Origin: an uncultured Ignavibacteriales bacterium | GTDB taxonomy: Bacteria; Bacteroidota; Ignavibacteria; Ignavibacteriales; Ignavibacteriaceae | Length of the DNA: 64,000 nt | Reading direction: 5' to 3' | Assembly (NCBI GenBank): GCA_963764685.1 | Contig: CAVXTT010000032.1 | Coordinates: 36,472-100,471 of the forward strand | Part shown: piece by piece, positions 30,850-42,417 of the stretch | How positions within the stretch are numbered: the stretch's first letter is position 1 | Layout: each line of letters opens with the position of its first letter | Program-made: the position numbers and the translations under genes | The notes under the pieces: generated by a model | The model's input: the letters and a program-made list of their open reading frames with translations, nothing else | Databases searched by the model: none | What the model was told of the DNA's origin: nothing

Positions 30850-31303
30850 AATATTAATATTTATTACTGTTCTTAACTTAAATCTATCCGCACAGCAGGA
30901 TACATCCGCAGCTGATCAGAAAACCGATAGTGTATTTGTAATGGAAAAGTCTCCCTGGACAGCAGTTCTTTTAAGTGCAGTTGTACCGGGAGCGGGACAA
31001 ATATATAATCAATCTTACTGGAAAGCCCCCGTAATCTGGGGAATCGGCGCCTGGCTGATCTATAACTGGATTGATCTTAATAAAAGCTATAATCACTATG
31101 CCGACCTGTATGAACAAACCGGAAATGAATACTATAGGGATCTGCGCACCAATTATCAGGACGAAAGAGATCTTTTTACTATTTATATGGTCCTGACTTA
31201 TGTGCTTAATCTTGTCGATGCCTATGTCGATGCCCAGCTTTTTGATTTTTCGGTAGATGAGTATAGAGCAGGACCCCGGCTCTCATTCAGGATGAATTTC
31301 TGA
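30812..31303 (+). CDS. DUF5683-like membrane protein
   Basis: The motif VVPGAGQIYNQSYWKAPVIWG and its position right after parB match what I recall for DUF5683 in Bacteroidota. The start is uncertain because it overlaps the parB end. Confidence 0.55.
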   Translation: MNYSRSLISHIIKILIFITVLNLNLSAQQDTSAADQKTDSVFVMEKSPWTAVLLSAVVPGAGQIYNQSYWKAPVIWGIGAWLIYNWIDLNKSYNHYADLYEQTGNEYYRDLRTNYQDERDLFTIYMVLTYVLNLVDAYVDAQLFDFSVDEYRAGPRLSFRMNF

Positions 31304-32004
31304 TGAATAACATTACCTGTAAAAACTGCTCAGCTGAAAATCCCTTCTATGAATTAATCTGCCGTAACTGCAAAGCTTATATCCGTGAACGGATCGTAAA
31401 TATAGATTTCTGGAAGACTTTAGAGCAATTAATTGAATCTCCTGTTAAAGGTTTTACAGCAATAATTCACGCCGAGCATAAAAATCTTATCCTCTTTATC
31501 ACATTTATGACTGCAGTTAAGATGCTGATAAATATTATGCTCCTTTCACCAATAACTTCCCGCACCAATAATCCTTTTGAACACTTCGGCAGGAATTTTT
31601 TCATCGTACTTGGTCTGCTTCTGTTCTTGTATTTCTCCTTTTCGTTTCTTGAAAGAATGATCTTAAGACTGTCAAAGAATGAAACGAGACTAAAAGATAA
31701 TTTCTCTGTCCTTTCTTATTCCTTCATTCCGCACGTGTTTGGTGCATTTATTCTTTTCCCGATCGAGATGGTAGTGTTCGGAGGATTCCTTTTTTCAAAT
31801 AATCCTTCTCCATTTATATTAAAGGAATCGGTTGCATATATGCTGCTGGGTTTTGAGGTCATCCTTATCTTATGGCAGCTGTTTTTAACTACAACGGGAT
31901 TTTATGTACAGACAGGAAAATTGTTCCCCGCATTACTCTTTTCTTTAATATTTAATGCTCTTCTTTATTATATTTTATATCTCTTTTCATATCTGATTAT
32001 CTGA
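31303..32004 (+). CDS. zinc-ribbon plus multi-pass membrane protein (Yip1-like?)
   Basis: N-terminal CKNC...CRNC zinc ribbon followed by about five TM helices. The family call is tentative. Confidence 0.45.
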   Translation: MNNITCKNCSAENPFYELICRNCKAYIRERIVNIDFWKTLEQLIESPVKGFTAIIHAEHKNLILFITFMTAVKMLINIMLLSPITSRTNNPFEHFGRNFFIVLGLLLFLYFSFSFLERMILRLSKNETRLKDNFSVLSYSFIPHVFGAFILFPIEMVVFGGFLFSNNPSPFILKESVAYMLLGFEVILILWQLFLTTTGFYVQTGKLFPALLFSLIFNALLYYILYLFSYLII

Positions 32005-32025
32005 GATGCCTGAAAAATATTTGAA

Positions 32026-33186
32026 TTGGAGAAAGAACTCTTCCTTCCTACATATAAACGGATACCGCTGGATATAGATTACGGCAAAGGAGTTTATCTC
32101 TTCGACAAGCAAGGAAATAAATACCTTGATCTGTTTTCCGGATTAGCTGTTAATGCATTGGGTTATGCCCATCCGGAGATCGTAAAAGCTGTAACGGATC
32201 AAATCTCAAGATTTGCTCACTTATCCAACAGCTACATAACCGGGATTCAGATTGAATTTACCGAAAGGCTTCTCAAGTATTCCAAAATGGACAAAGCATT
32301 CCTTGTAAACAGCGGGACCGAAGCTGTTGAGGCGGCTATTAAACTTGTAAGAAAAATTAAAGGACCTAAAAAGAAGCTTATCGCATTCACCGGATCATTT
32401 CACGGCAGGACTTATGGTGCCTTGTCATTAACTGCCCGGAAGAAATACAGGGATGGATTTGAACCATTATTACCTGAAGTTATACACCTTCAATTTAATG
32501 ATATTGATGCCCTGCGTTCTTCTATAAATGAGAATACGGCTGCTGTATTCATTGAACTGATCCAGGGAGAAGGGGGAATATTTGAAGCATCTGCAGAGTT
32601 TGTTAAAGAACTGCTTTTACTTAAGGAAAAATTTGATTTCATTTTAGTTCTGGATGAGATACAAAGCGGTATCGGCCGTACAGGCTTTCCTTTTGCCTAT
32701 GATATTTTTTCAATACATCCTGATATTATGGTGACGGCAAAAGCTATCGGAGGGGGTCTGCCTCTGGGGGCAATGCTTACCAGTAATAAATTTAAGGAAA
32801 CATTTACATCAGGTTCTCACGGAACTACATTTGGCGGCAACCCTGTATGCTGTGCAGCAGGCAATGTTGTCCTTAAGGAAGTATTTGAGAATGGACTGCT
32901 TCAGAAGGTTAAAGCCTCAGGCGAATATTTTAAGGAACAGCTGATCAATCTGAAGAATAATTTCCCGAAAAGCATAAAAGAAATACGCGGTAAGGGTTTT
33001 ATGATCGGCGTTGAACTATTCTTCAAAGGAGATGAAATGGTAAAACTCCTGAGGGAAAAAGGTATACTGGTAAATGTTACCAATGAGACAGTAATAAGAA
33101 TTCTTCCTCCGTTGATACTTACTAATGCAGAGATAGATATATTCATAACAAAATTCCGGGAAGCTCTTAATGTCATTCGAAACTGA
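32026..33186 (+). CDS. argD: class-III PLP aminotransferase, acetylornithine aminotransferase-like
   Basis: [23 protein letters not shown], and the PLP-lysine context [13 protein letters not shown] start. Confidence 0.8.
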   Translation: MEKELFLPTYKRIPLDIDYGKGVYLFDKQGNKYLDLFSGLAVNALGYAHPEIVKAVTDQISRFAHLSNSYITGIQIEFTERLLKYSKMDKAFLVNSGTEAVEAAIKLVRKIKGPKKKLIAFTGSFHGRTYGALSLTARKKYRDGFEPLLPEVIHLQFNDIDALRSSINENTAAVFIELIQGEGGIFEASAEFVKELLLLKEKFDFILVLDEIQSGIGRTGFPFAYDIFSIHPDIMVTAKAIGGGLPLGAMLTSNKFKETFTSGSHGTTFGGNPVCCAAGNVVLKEVFENGLLQKVKASGEYFKEQLINLKNNFPKSIKEIRGKGFMIGVELFFKGDEMVKLLREKGILVNVTNETVIRILPPLILTNAEIDIFITKFREALNVIRN

Positions 33187-34792
33187 CGTACTGGTTATTG
33201 GAACCGGCATAGCCGGGTTATTTTCTGCTCTGAGAATATCGGAATATGCCGATGTTATTGTGGTAACCAAGAAGGAAAGTTCTGAATCCAATACTAACTA
33301 TGCCCAGGGAGGAATAGCTTCGGTTTTTGATATTCACGATTCTTTTGAGAAACATATAAACGATACGATGGTTTCAGGAGCCGGGTTATGCGACTATAAA
33401 GCAGTTGAGATGATGATAAAGGAGGGGCCGCGAACGGATAAATGATCTTATTGAGATAGGCACCCGTTTCACAAAAAAGGATGGGAAGCTTGATCTTGCC
33501 AAGAGAGGGAGGACATTCATTTCACAGGATAGTACACGCAAAGGATCTTACCGGCAAGGAAGTTGAACGCGCTTTAATTACAGCCGTGAGTGAAAAAAGT
33601 AATATAACCTTAATGGAAAACTGTATTGCTATTGATCTTCTGACCGAACATAATGTAATGCAGCTTAAGAATCAGTCGCTCAATAACCGTAACTGCTGGG
33701 GTGCTTATATTCTGAATACCACTACCAACAGGGTGCATAAGATTTCATCTAAGGCTACTGTTATTGCAACAGGAGGTTTAGGGCAGGTCTATCTTCATAC
33801 TACAAATCCTACAATTGCTACCGGTGATGGATTTGCAATGGCATACAGGGCAGGCGCTAAGATCGCAAATATGGAATTCATACAGTTTCATCCTACTTCT
33901 CTTTACCAGCAGAAAAAAGATATTAAGACTCCTTCATTTCTTATCTCTGAGGCGGTAAGAGGCTTCGGCGGAATATTGCGGACAAAGGATATGAAGGAAT
34001 TTATGGCAGAATATGACAGCCGCAAAGAACTTGCTCCAAGGGATATTGTTGCCCGCGCCATAGATAATGAACTGAAGAAGAGGGGAGAGGAATTTGTGTA
34101 CCTCGATATCACTCATAAAAAGAAAGCTGAAATAATAGATCACTTCCCCAATATTTATGATCACTGTCTTAATCTCGGGATTGATATTTCCGCAGAGCCG
34201 ATACCTGTAGTGCCTGCTGCTCATTATGCCTGCGGCGGAATAATTGTAGATCTTTTCTCAAGGACATCTCTTAACCGCTTATTTGCCTGCGGCGAAGTAA
34301 CTAATACAGGTGTTCACGGGGCTAACAGACTGGCCAGCAATTCTCTGCTGGAAGCACTTGTATATGGACACAGAGCTGCAGTTGAAATTAAAGGATTTTA
34401 TTAAGACAAATAATCTTACTATTCCCGAAATACCTGATTGGGATGAATCGGGCACACTTACATCTGATGAAAGGGTCCTTATTACTCATAGTTTCAGGGA
34501 AGTAAAACAGGTAATGTGGGATTATGTAGGAATTGTAAGATCAAATCTCCGTCTGGAAAGAGCATTCAAGAGAATGCATAATCTTTATGAAGAGACCGAG
34601 GAACTTTATAAAAGAACAAAGGTTTTCGAAGAGCTGCTGTCCTTAAGAAATATTATAACGTGCTCCCATATGATCATTAAATCTGCAATAATGAGAAAGG
34701 AAAGCAGGGGATTACATTATACTTTAGATTATCCCCAGATGTCGGAAGATACCAAACCCGAAAATACAATTCTGCAGAATACAAATTATTGA
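33170..34792 (+). pseudogene. nadB: L-aspartate oxidase, frame interrupted at least three times
   Basis: FAD motif [46 protein letters not shown]. Segments are 33170..33445, a short unlisted frame ([23 protein letters not shown]), 33481..34404 and 34310..34792. Confidence 0.88.
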
Positions 34793-35697
34793 TCCTGAAG
34801 GAACCTGTACACTAATCCATACCTTATTCCTTTCGTGCTAACTAATACTTCAGTTATATGCATTAATTTCATTAAATATAATAAAATACAAGTCCCGCTT
34901 AATATTAAATCTTCTCTTCCTTTAACAACCTGACCATAACTATTCAGTATCTCTTCAGGAGGCAGTTGTAATTTTACAGCCAGGGTGCTGACATCCTTTT
35001 GTGTTAAGATCGTACCCTCTACAGCATTTTCATTAAACTCAGATATCCCTTTTTTTATACAGGCTAAGGTGGTCGGTGTACCTGCTACTGCAATAGCTTT
35101 AACGGGAGCACGCTCTCTGAATTGATCAGGCAGATCGAATACCTGCTCTAATTTTTCATTCAACAGGGGAATATTCAGCACTCCGTTTTGATTAAACCTT
35201 TCCGAGCTGCTTACAACTCCTATATGGAAACTTTTATGATATATGATTTCCTTCCCTCTGCCGAAAATGATCTCGGTACTCCCGCCGCCGATATCAATAA
35301 CCACATTATCTGAAACAGAATTATAACCGGATACAGCTCCCAAATATGATAATTCTGCTTCTTCTTCTCCTGAAATAATATTTATATCAATTCCGAAATT
35401 GTTTTTCACATAGCCAATGATTTCGCTGCTGTTTGAAGCCTGCCGGAAAGCCATAGTAGCAGCCGTTAGTATTATTGAACACTTATACCGGTCAATTATT
35501 TTTTTGTACTCCGTAAGAACTTCATAGAATTTCTTTAAATTTTCCTCAGGTATCGGACTCCCGGGAGATAAACCCCTTCCCAGACGTGGTATCCTGTAGA
35601 TGTTTTCCAGTACACTGAATGTTTTTGTCCTCTTATCAGACTCTGCAATGATCATCAGAACAGTGTTCGTACCTATATCAATTGAGGCAATAAACAT
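34786..35697 (-). CDS. Ppx/GppA family phosphatase (exopolyphosphatase-like)
   Basis: ASKHA-fold motifs ASIDIGTNTV and DIGGGSTE. The likely start is ATG 35697 (MFIASIDIG). The 3' end overlaps convergent nadB by 7 nt. Confidence 0.8.
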   Translation of the reverse strand: MFIASIDIGTNTVLMIIAESDKRTKTFSVLENIYRIPRLGRGLSPGSPIPEENLKKFYEVLTEYKKIIDRYKCSIILTAATMAFRQASNSSEIIGYVKNNFGIDINIISGEEEAELSYLGAVSGYNSVSDNVVIDIGGGSTEIIFGRGKEIIYHKSFHIGVVSSSERFNQNGVLNIPLLNEKLEQVFDLPDQFRERAPVKAIAVAGTPTTLACIKKGISEFNENAVEGTILTQKDVSTLAVKLQLPPEEILNSYGQVVKGREDLILSGTCILLYLMKLMHITEVLVSTKGIRYGLVYRFLQDQ

Positions 35698-35734
35698 TTT
35701 TTTTCCTATTTTATTTCGATAAATATATATTTTT

Positions 35735-36253
35735 ATGCAACTTACAAACAAGCCGTCGAAGATCTTTCTTTACATAACAGTACTTGCAGGAACTCTCTGG
35801 GCCGGGGCTTACCTGGTAAGAATGCTGCTTACATACCAGGTATTTGAAGGAACTGCTCTCATATTCAGAGAATATATTAATGAACAAAATCTGCAGGGAA
35901 TTTACAAGGTACTTAATCCTGCAATCGCAGCTACTTTTTTCCTTTACATATTGTTCTTCATTTCCTTAATTGTATTTATCCTTGTCTCAAAAGTAAGTCT
36001 AAAGCGGAACGGATGGTTTTTTATTATAATTGTTTTGACTTTAGTAACCGCTCCTTTTGAGGTATACCTGATGTCGATAGATTACAAGATCCTGATCAAT
36101 ATAAATTACGGCGATACAAATATTTCACTCATTTCAAATTTATTAAGGGAACGTATCAAAGTTCTCAGCAGTTTTCCTCTGGTTGAATTATTCTGCTTCT
36201 TTGCCTTTTATTATTTAATTCTATTCCGTCCCTTAAGTAAAAATGAAAATTAA
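35735..36253 (+). CDS. integral membrane protein, unknown function
   Basis: 172 aa with four to five hydrophobic helices. No recognised motif. Confidence 0.5.
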   Translation: MQLTNKPSKIFLYITVLAGTLWAGAYLVRMLLTYQVFEGTALIFREYINEQNLQGIYKVLNPAIAATFFLYILFFISLIVFILVSKVSLKRNGWFFIIIVLTLVTAPFEVYLMSIDYKILININYGDTNISLISNLLRERIKVLSSFPLVELFCFFAFYYLILFRPLSKNEN

Positions 36254-36515
36254 AGAAAAAGAATTTGAAGAACTGATCAAGGACCTGAAGGGTATAGCAG
36301 CGCAGCTTGGGGCAGAGGTAAGGTTTGAGAAGGGGGATTTCAAGGGGGGCTATTGTCTTCTTAAAGAGAACAAGGTAATCATAATTAATAAACTGGCTAA
36401 TCTGCAGAGAAAGGTTATGATCTTATCTGCCGCATTAAAAGAACTTGGTGTTGATAAAATATACCTGACTCCCAGGATGAGAGAAATAATTGATGAAATG
36501 ACGGATGCCGGATGA
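36243..36515 (+). CDS. hypothetical protein
   Basis: 90-aa ORF, overlap-coupled to both neighbours. No recognised motif. Confidence 0.45.
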   Translation: MKIKEKEFEELIKDLKGIAAQLGAEVRFEKGDFKGGYCLLKENKVIIINKLANLQRKVMILSAALKELGVDKIYLTPRMREIIDEMTDAG

Positions 36516-36944
36516 AGATATTAGTTATTAATGGTCCCAACCTGAATAACCTGATTAAAAGGGATAAGGAGAAGTATGGAACATCATCACTCGAGGAAAT
36601 AAATTCCAGTCTTAAAAACGAATTTCCTTCTGTCAGTTTTTCCTTTTTCCAATCTAATGTTGAAGGAGAAATAATAAATGAAATCCAGCGCGCAGAAGGG
36701 AAGTATGACGCAATTGTAATTAATCCCGGGGGATATGCACATACATCTGTTGCTATCAGGGACGCTCTTCAGGACTGTAAACTTATCAAGGTTGAAGTTC
36801 ATTTATCCAATTTAGCTGCAAGAGAAGATTTCAGACAAACCCTGATTAACTGCTTCCGTATGCAATGGTTACATTTCAGGATTTAAGGAATTAAGTTACA
36901 TATCGGCTGTGTATCTCGTCATAAAATTAATGGAGAAGAAATGA
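36512..36944 (+). pseudogene. aroQ: 3-dehydroquinate dehydratase type II, 3' end frame-shifted
   Basis: ILVINGPNLN, INPGGYAHTS, EVHLSN. The expected C-terminus (...VCNGYISGFKELSYISAVYLVIKLMEKK) continues in another frame to 36944, with the break near 36853. Confidence 0.85.
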
Positions 36945-37632
36945 TCAAGGCAGTTGTGTTCGATCTGGATAATACTCTAATGGATTTTATGAAGATGAAA
37001 AAGAGAGCCATCGAGGAAGCAATTCCCGCTATGGTAGATGCAGGATTGGAAATTACTCCTGAGATAGCTAACCGTATAATCGATGAAATATATAAGGAGC
37101 AGGGGATAGAGTACCAGCAGGTATTTGATGAATTCTTAAACAGGGTTCTTAACAAAGTAGATTATAAAATTCTTATCAGCAGGTATTGTTGCCTACAGAA
37201 GAGCCAGGGAGGCATCCTTAATTCCATATCCGCACGTTTACGGCACATTGTATAAGCTTCTGAAGATGGGAATTAAAGATGGGCGTCCTCTCAGATGCGC
37301 CTACAAAAGAAGCCTGGCTTAGACTGGCTTATCTTAACTTTCATCAGATCTTTGATGTTGTGGTTACCTTTGACGATACGGGGAAACGAAAGCCCAACCA
37401 GGAGCCTTTCCGGCTATTATTAAGCAGGTTAAATGTTGCGCCCGAAGAAGCAATTATGGTAGGGGATTGGGTAGAGAGGGATATAGTAGGTGCAGCAGCT
37501 GTAGGAATGAAAACCGCATTCGCAAGATACGGGGATACATTCAACACAACTGCTCATAATGCTGATTATGAACTAAATGATATAAGTGAGCTTATTCAGG
37601 TCATAGAAAAAGTAAATAATGTCCGTACTTAA
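36941..37632 (+). pseudogene. HAD-superfamily hydrolase, frame interrupted twice
   Basis: DxD motif VVFDLDNTL; KRKPNQEPF; GDWVERDIVGA. Three frame segments with breaks near 37180 and 37275. Confidence 0.75.
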
Positions 37633-37712
37633 AAAAAAATTTAATTTAAGGGGGCTATCTTGATAGTTTACCAGACATTACTTATTTTTCCTCTTAAACT
37701 TGTTAAGCTCTG

Positions 37713-38093
37713 ATGAAAGACCTGTCAATAAAGAAATTGTACTACTCAATAAGCGAAGTAAGTAAAATTACTGAGGTTGAGCAGTATGTCCTGAGGTACT
37801 GGGAAACCGAGTTTGAGATACTCAAGCCTCAGAAGAACAGAGCCGGCAACAGGATTTACACGAATAAGGATATCCAGGTTATACTTCAGATAAAGACACT
37901 TCTCCGCGAAAAGAAATACACCATTGAGGGAGCCAAGAAGATACTGAACAATATCGCCAATGAGCAGAAGATGGAACATACCTTGTTTGATGCTCACTCT
38001 CCCGGCGGCGACGGAAGGAAAGAGAAGTCATCTTTGAAAAGGGACCTTGAAGAATTAAAAACCGTATTGGAGTTTTTAGTAACAAAATTATAA
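37713..38093 (+). CDS. MerR-family HTH transcriptional regulator
   Basis: 126 aa with the N-terminal HTH YSISEVSKITEVEQYVLRYWETEFEILKPQKNRAGNRIYT. Confidence 0.8.
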   Translation: MKDLSIKKLYYSISEVSKITEVEQYVLRYWETEFEILKPQKNRAGNRIYTNKDIQVILQIKTLLREKKYTIEGAKKILNNIANEQKMEHTLFDAHSPGGDGRKEKSSLKRDLEELKTVLEFLVTKL

Positions 38094-38094
38094 T

Positions 38095-38168
38095 CGGAAC
38101 GTGGCGCAGCCCGGTAGCGTACCTGAATGGGGTTCAGGGGGTCGTGGGTTCAAATCCCACCGTTCCGA
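38095..38168 (+). tRNA. tRNA-Pro (anticodon GGG)
   Basis: Hand-folded cloverleaf of 74 nt. Acceptor CGGAACG/CGTTCCG, D-arm GCGC/GCGT, anticodon stem CCTGA/TCAGG with loop ATGGGGT, T-arm GTGGG-TTCAAAT-CCCAC, discriminator A. No encoded CCA. Confidence 0.9.
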
Positions 38169-38231
38169 CAAATTTGGTCCTTTAACTTCTACTGATTGTT
38201 TAACAATCATAGCTCAGAAGGGATAGTTACT

Positions 38232-40300
38232 ATGATACGCAGATTTCTACCTCCCTTAATTTTCTTCTTTTCATTTACTTACGTTGATGCACAGACTCCT
38301 TATTGGGAAAAAATTGGTGCATTCTGGGGAAGTTCCGATGTCAAAGTAAATTCTTCTGAGGATATATTTATAGTGGAGCAAGGCCATATGCAGAGGTCAA
38401 CAGATAATGGAGTAACCTGGAACGAAATAAATATACCAGGAGCCGGCAGTATTCAAAAAATCAGTATCAGTGGCACCGACCATATTTATGTTTGCGATTA
38501 TGGCATAGAAGGTAAGATTTATATCTCTTCGGACAAAGGGGTTACCTGGACATACTCGACAACTAATGCAGGCGTGATTTCATATCTGTATGCAGGTACT
38601 CAAGGAATTGTATATGCAGGAAATTTAAACGGTATAGTTCTAAAATCAACTGATACCGGATTGAACTGGAGTTCTCATACAATTACAAATGTCGAAATAA
38701 GGTGTATCGTGAGTGGTCAAGATGGACGTATGTATGCTGCCAGTAAGGGGAATGGTGTTTTCACTTCAACAGATGCCGGGGTGAACTGGGAACAAACGGA
38801 ATTCGATAGCGGAAATGTAAGGTCAGTCTGTGTAAATGACAGTGGCTTTGTTTTTATAACCGAGGTTTCAAAAGTTTATCTCTCCAAAGACCATGGTTCC
38901 AACTGGACTGAAATTGGATACTATCCTGCGGGTGAAGGTGTTGTGGGTAGTGATTCTTCAGGTGCAGTCTACGCTTGTTTTTATGCAGTTTTTAAAACAA
39001 CCGATAATGGCGAAAGCTGGTTAAATATGGGCGGTCCTTATTTTGAAAATTGTATAGCATCATATGGAGAGAAGCTTTATCTTGCCACTATTTATGGTAC
39101 GTTCAGATACAAACCAGGTGTTTTTCCACCGAACTTTTATGCTTCAAATTTTGTTCCTTTGAATTTTGGGAATAAATGGCAGTACCTGGACAATTGGGCT
39201 AATTATACGTTGCGCATTTCTTACGTAGAATCCGATACAATTATCGTTGGGAATACTTACTACAAATTCAGTGGTGATAATAAATGGTTAAGATACGATC
39301 AAAGTCAAAAAATTTTATTTCTATGGAATGATTCGGATAGAATCAGTGTAGACTTTTCAAAATATCCTGATCAGATTTATCGAATTTATGCGGGATATAC
39401 TTATGAGGATGTGACTGCAGCAGCTGGAACAGTATTCTTTATTTTTAGAGGAAAGAGTATATGCCGGGTATGATTATTCAGGCCCTAACCAGGTTATGGT
39501 CAGAATAAGATACACTGACTCCATAGGTATGACATACTCCTTCTGGGGAGACGTTCACCTCTTCAAGTTCCACAAATTTACTGGAAGCAATTATATATGA
39601 CTCTTCCGGAAATAGATTTGAATATACAAATCACTACAAGCCTGCCTTTGTGATTACACCTGTGACAATGATTGACAGCTCTAATTTTAACTTGCTTTTC
39701 CAGGTTTACCATCCTTATACAATAGTTCAATACTCAAGCCCGGGCCTGGATTTTATTGATTCTATAAGAATGATAAATTTTTACTCAAGGAAGGATAGTA
39801 TCATCTTGCAGCCGGATTATATCCCATCTCACCCCGGGGGGACAATTAGTTATAATTATATGGTTAATAAGCTATTAGATACCACACTATTAAAAGACGG
39901 GTTTGTTTTCAATTATAAATTTTATGCAAAGGATAAGGGTATTATTCCGGAATCGGCATGGGCTCCCGATACAGGTTATTATCGGTGCATATGGGGCACC
40001 CCAAGTTTTATTCAAAATGATTCTTTGCATATTCCACAACAATTCAAGTTAAATCAGAACTATCCGAATCCTTTTAATCCTTCAACACGGATCAGATATG
40101 AAATACCTTACACTGCAGTAGTTTTAATTAAAGTATATGACATCCTCGGGAACGAAATAGAGATTCTTGTTAATGAAGAAAAGCCTGCCGGACAGTATGA
40201 AGTCAACTGGCGTACCGCTGACCTGCCAAGCGGTATCTATTTCTGTGAACTTAGAGCTGGTTCATACATTGATACTAAGAAAATGATTCTGATGAAGTAA
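38232..40300 (+). pseudogene. secreted BNR/Asp-box beta-propeller protein with T9SS sorting domain, frame interrupted at least twice
   Basis: Signal peptide MIRRFLPPLIFFFSFTYVDAQ. Six SxDxGxxW Asp-boxes (STDNGVTW, SSDKGVTW, STDTGLNW, STDAGVNW, SKDHGSNW, TTDNGESW). C-terminal NYPNPFNPST...KKMILMK. Segments are 38196..39473, an unlisted middle frame, and 39650..40300. Confidence 0.8.
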
Positions 40301-40327
40301 GGCCGTTGAGCGACGGCCTCTGTTTAA
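40301..40327 (+). terminator. rho-independent terminator after the BNR/T9SS gene
   Basis: Stem GGCCGT/ACGGCC (40301-40306 and 40313-40318) starts right after the stop and is followed by TCTGTTT. Confidence 0.6.
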
Positions 40328-40569
40328 TCACCCCTCTTTTTAGGATCAATTAAATCACTCGAAATCTTATCAACTGAAATCTCATTTGCTGGCTAAGGTA
40401 CGAGATAAACTTTTCCCCCTAATCAGAACAATATCCAATCTATTAAGTCATCAATAGATCTTTTTTAACCATAAAAACGGATACGGGTAGGGACTACCTC
40501 CTGCTCGATTCGATAAATTTATTTTATTCTTAAATAACAGACATAATGCTTCTAATTCTCATCTATTCC

Positions 40570-40665
40570 TGAAGTAACCCTGATCTAATCCTCAAAATTC
40601 ACCGGAAGTGAGGATTACATCAGGATTAGATGAGGATTAGATCAGGATTAGATGGCAGGTGATGA
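40570..40665. repeat. 11-bp tandem-repeat imperfect palindrome, copy B
   Basis: Left arm TGAAGTAACCCTGATCTAATCCTCA (40570-40594). Right arm GAGGATTACAT, CAGGATTAGAT, GAGGATTAGAT, CAGGATTAGAT (40610-40653) plus a degenerate fifth unit. Left arm 40575-40594 is complementary to 40631-40650 at 19 of 20 positions. Confidence 0.85.
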
Positions 40666-40934
40666 TATTAGTTTTTAGAAAATTTTATCGGTAAAATTGA
40701 ACGAATTGCAGTCCGGCCGGAACAGTGGCAGAGGAAAGCAGATATACAATTATGTTCCGTTTACCGCAACTGTCTATTCTTCCCGAAGTTCGGTTATTAA
40801 TGTTTATATTTTTAGTTAATGATGTAAAGAGTAGTAGTAATATGGTGGAATACCAATTTTTTTAGGCTCAAAAATCTACCTTTTTTATATATATTATCAC
40901 TTCTAATTTTTAATCGCATATTTGGTAAAAAAGA

Positions 40935-42417
40935 ATGGAACTCGTTCCGGAAAAAGCTAAATGTTTTTGTGGGATCTTTGGCATCTATGGCAGCGAAAGT
41001 GCTTCATTACAGACGTATTATGGACTTCACGCCCTGCAGCATAGGGGACAGGAAGCCTGCGGGATAATTACAAACGACGTCAAACATTCGGGAAAAGCTC
41101 ACTTTAATATTGTAAAAGGAGAAGGGCTTGTATCTGAAGTGTTTGCCGATCATCATCTCTTTAAAAATAAACTTACTGGCTTCTCAGCAATCGGTCACAA
41201 CAGGTATTCAACAACCGGTTCATCCAAATCAGATAAGAATATTCAGCCTTTCTATGTTAACTACCGTATGGGAAATCTTGCAATTTCTCATAATGGTAAT
41301 CTGACAAATGCAAAAGAGCTTAGGGAAGAACTGGTAAATGAAGGTGCAATTTTTCAGACAACCAGCGATACTGAAGTTATACTTCATTTAATTGCAAGAA
41401 GCAAGCTGCAGAATCAGATAGACCAGATTAGGGAAGCTGTATCAAAGGTTGAAGGTGCTTTCTGCCTTGTCATCCTTACCGATGATAAATTAATTGCTGT
41501 AAGGGATCCTTACGGCTTCAGACCTCTTGCTTTAGGTAAACTAAATGGTTCGTACATTGTTGCTTCAGAGACCTGTGCATTTGATATAATATCCGCTCAA
41601 TTAATAAGAGAAGTTAATGCAGGCGAGATGGTGATTATTGATGATGATACGATCAGAACCGGTGAAGTAAAATCTATAAACTTTGAACCTGCCGCCCGTC
41701 CTCAGAAGCATTGCCTGTTTGAATACATTTATTTCTCGAGACCGGATAGTTTTATATTCGGGCATAACGTTGATAAAATGAGAAGACGTCTCGGCAAAAT
41801 GCTTGCACGTAAATATCCTGTCCGAGGCAAAGATGGAGAAAAAGTAATTGTAATCAGCGTTCCCGACAGTTCCAACACTACTGCCCTCGGGTACCAGCGA
41901 GAACTTGAGAAGCAGGGCATACTATCCAAAATAGAAATTGGATTGATAAGAAGTCACTATATCGGCAGGACATTTATACAGCCGGGTCAGGAAAAAAGAG
42001 AAATAGGTGTTAAGATAAAATTCAATGCCGTAAAAGGCGTTCTTGAAAAACAGGATAGTAGTTGTAGTTGATGACTCAATAGTAAGAGGTACTACATCAA
42101 AACAGCTTGTTAATCTGATACGGGAAGCAGGTCCGAAGGAAATTCATTTGAGAATTTCCTCATCACCGATTATGCATCCCTGTTATTACGGTATGGATTT
42201 CCCGAGCAGGGAAGAGCTTATAGCAAACAGATTTAATGGCAATGTCAGAGAGATAGAAAAGTACTTGGAAGTTGACAGTTTGGAATATTTGACGATAGAT
42301 GAGATGCTGGGTGCAGTTGCTGAAGCTGATCCTGATAATTTCTGCACAGCGTGCTTCTCGGGGAACTATCCTACAAAAGTTGATTCCAAATTTGTCAAGG
42401 AAATATATGAAGTATAA
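40935..42417 (+). pseudogene. purF: amidophosphoribosyltransferase, frame interrupted
   Basis: Ntn-Cys context CGIFGIYG and PRTase loop VVVVDDSIVRGTT. ORFs 40935..42071 and 42043..42417 join (...GVLENRIVVVVDD...) if the A5 run at 42046-42050 is A4. Confidence 0.92.

Noticed and set aside
7687-40665. The two palindromic repeat copies as boundaries of a 33-kb mobile element or island.
   Set aside because: The interval is filled with core housekeeping genes (glyA, tatC, folP, parAB, nadB, aroQ). It has no integrase, transposase or conjugation genes.
38095-40934. tRNA-Pro-linked genomic islet (BNR/T9SS gene plus repeat element).
   Set aside because: There is no integrase and no direct repeat of the tRNA 3' end downstream, and only a single cargo gene. 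Evidence for an integrated element is insufficient.
42040-42075. Programmed ribosomal frameshifting or transcriptional slippage as the explanation for split genes such as purF at the A5 run.
   Set aside because: The breaks occur in about 20 unrelated genes, at varied short homopolymers and some non-homopolymer sites. I saw no conserved slippery heptamers or stimulatory structures. Sequencing or assembly error is the more economical explanation, although only read data can settle it.
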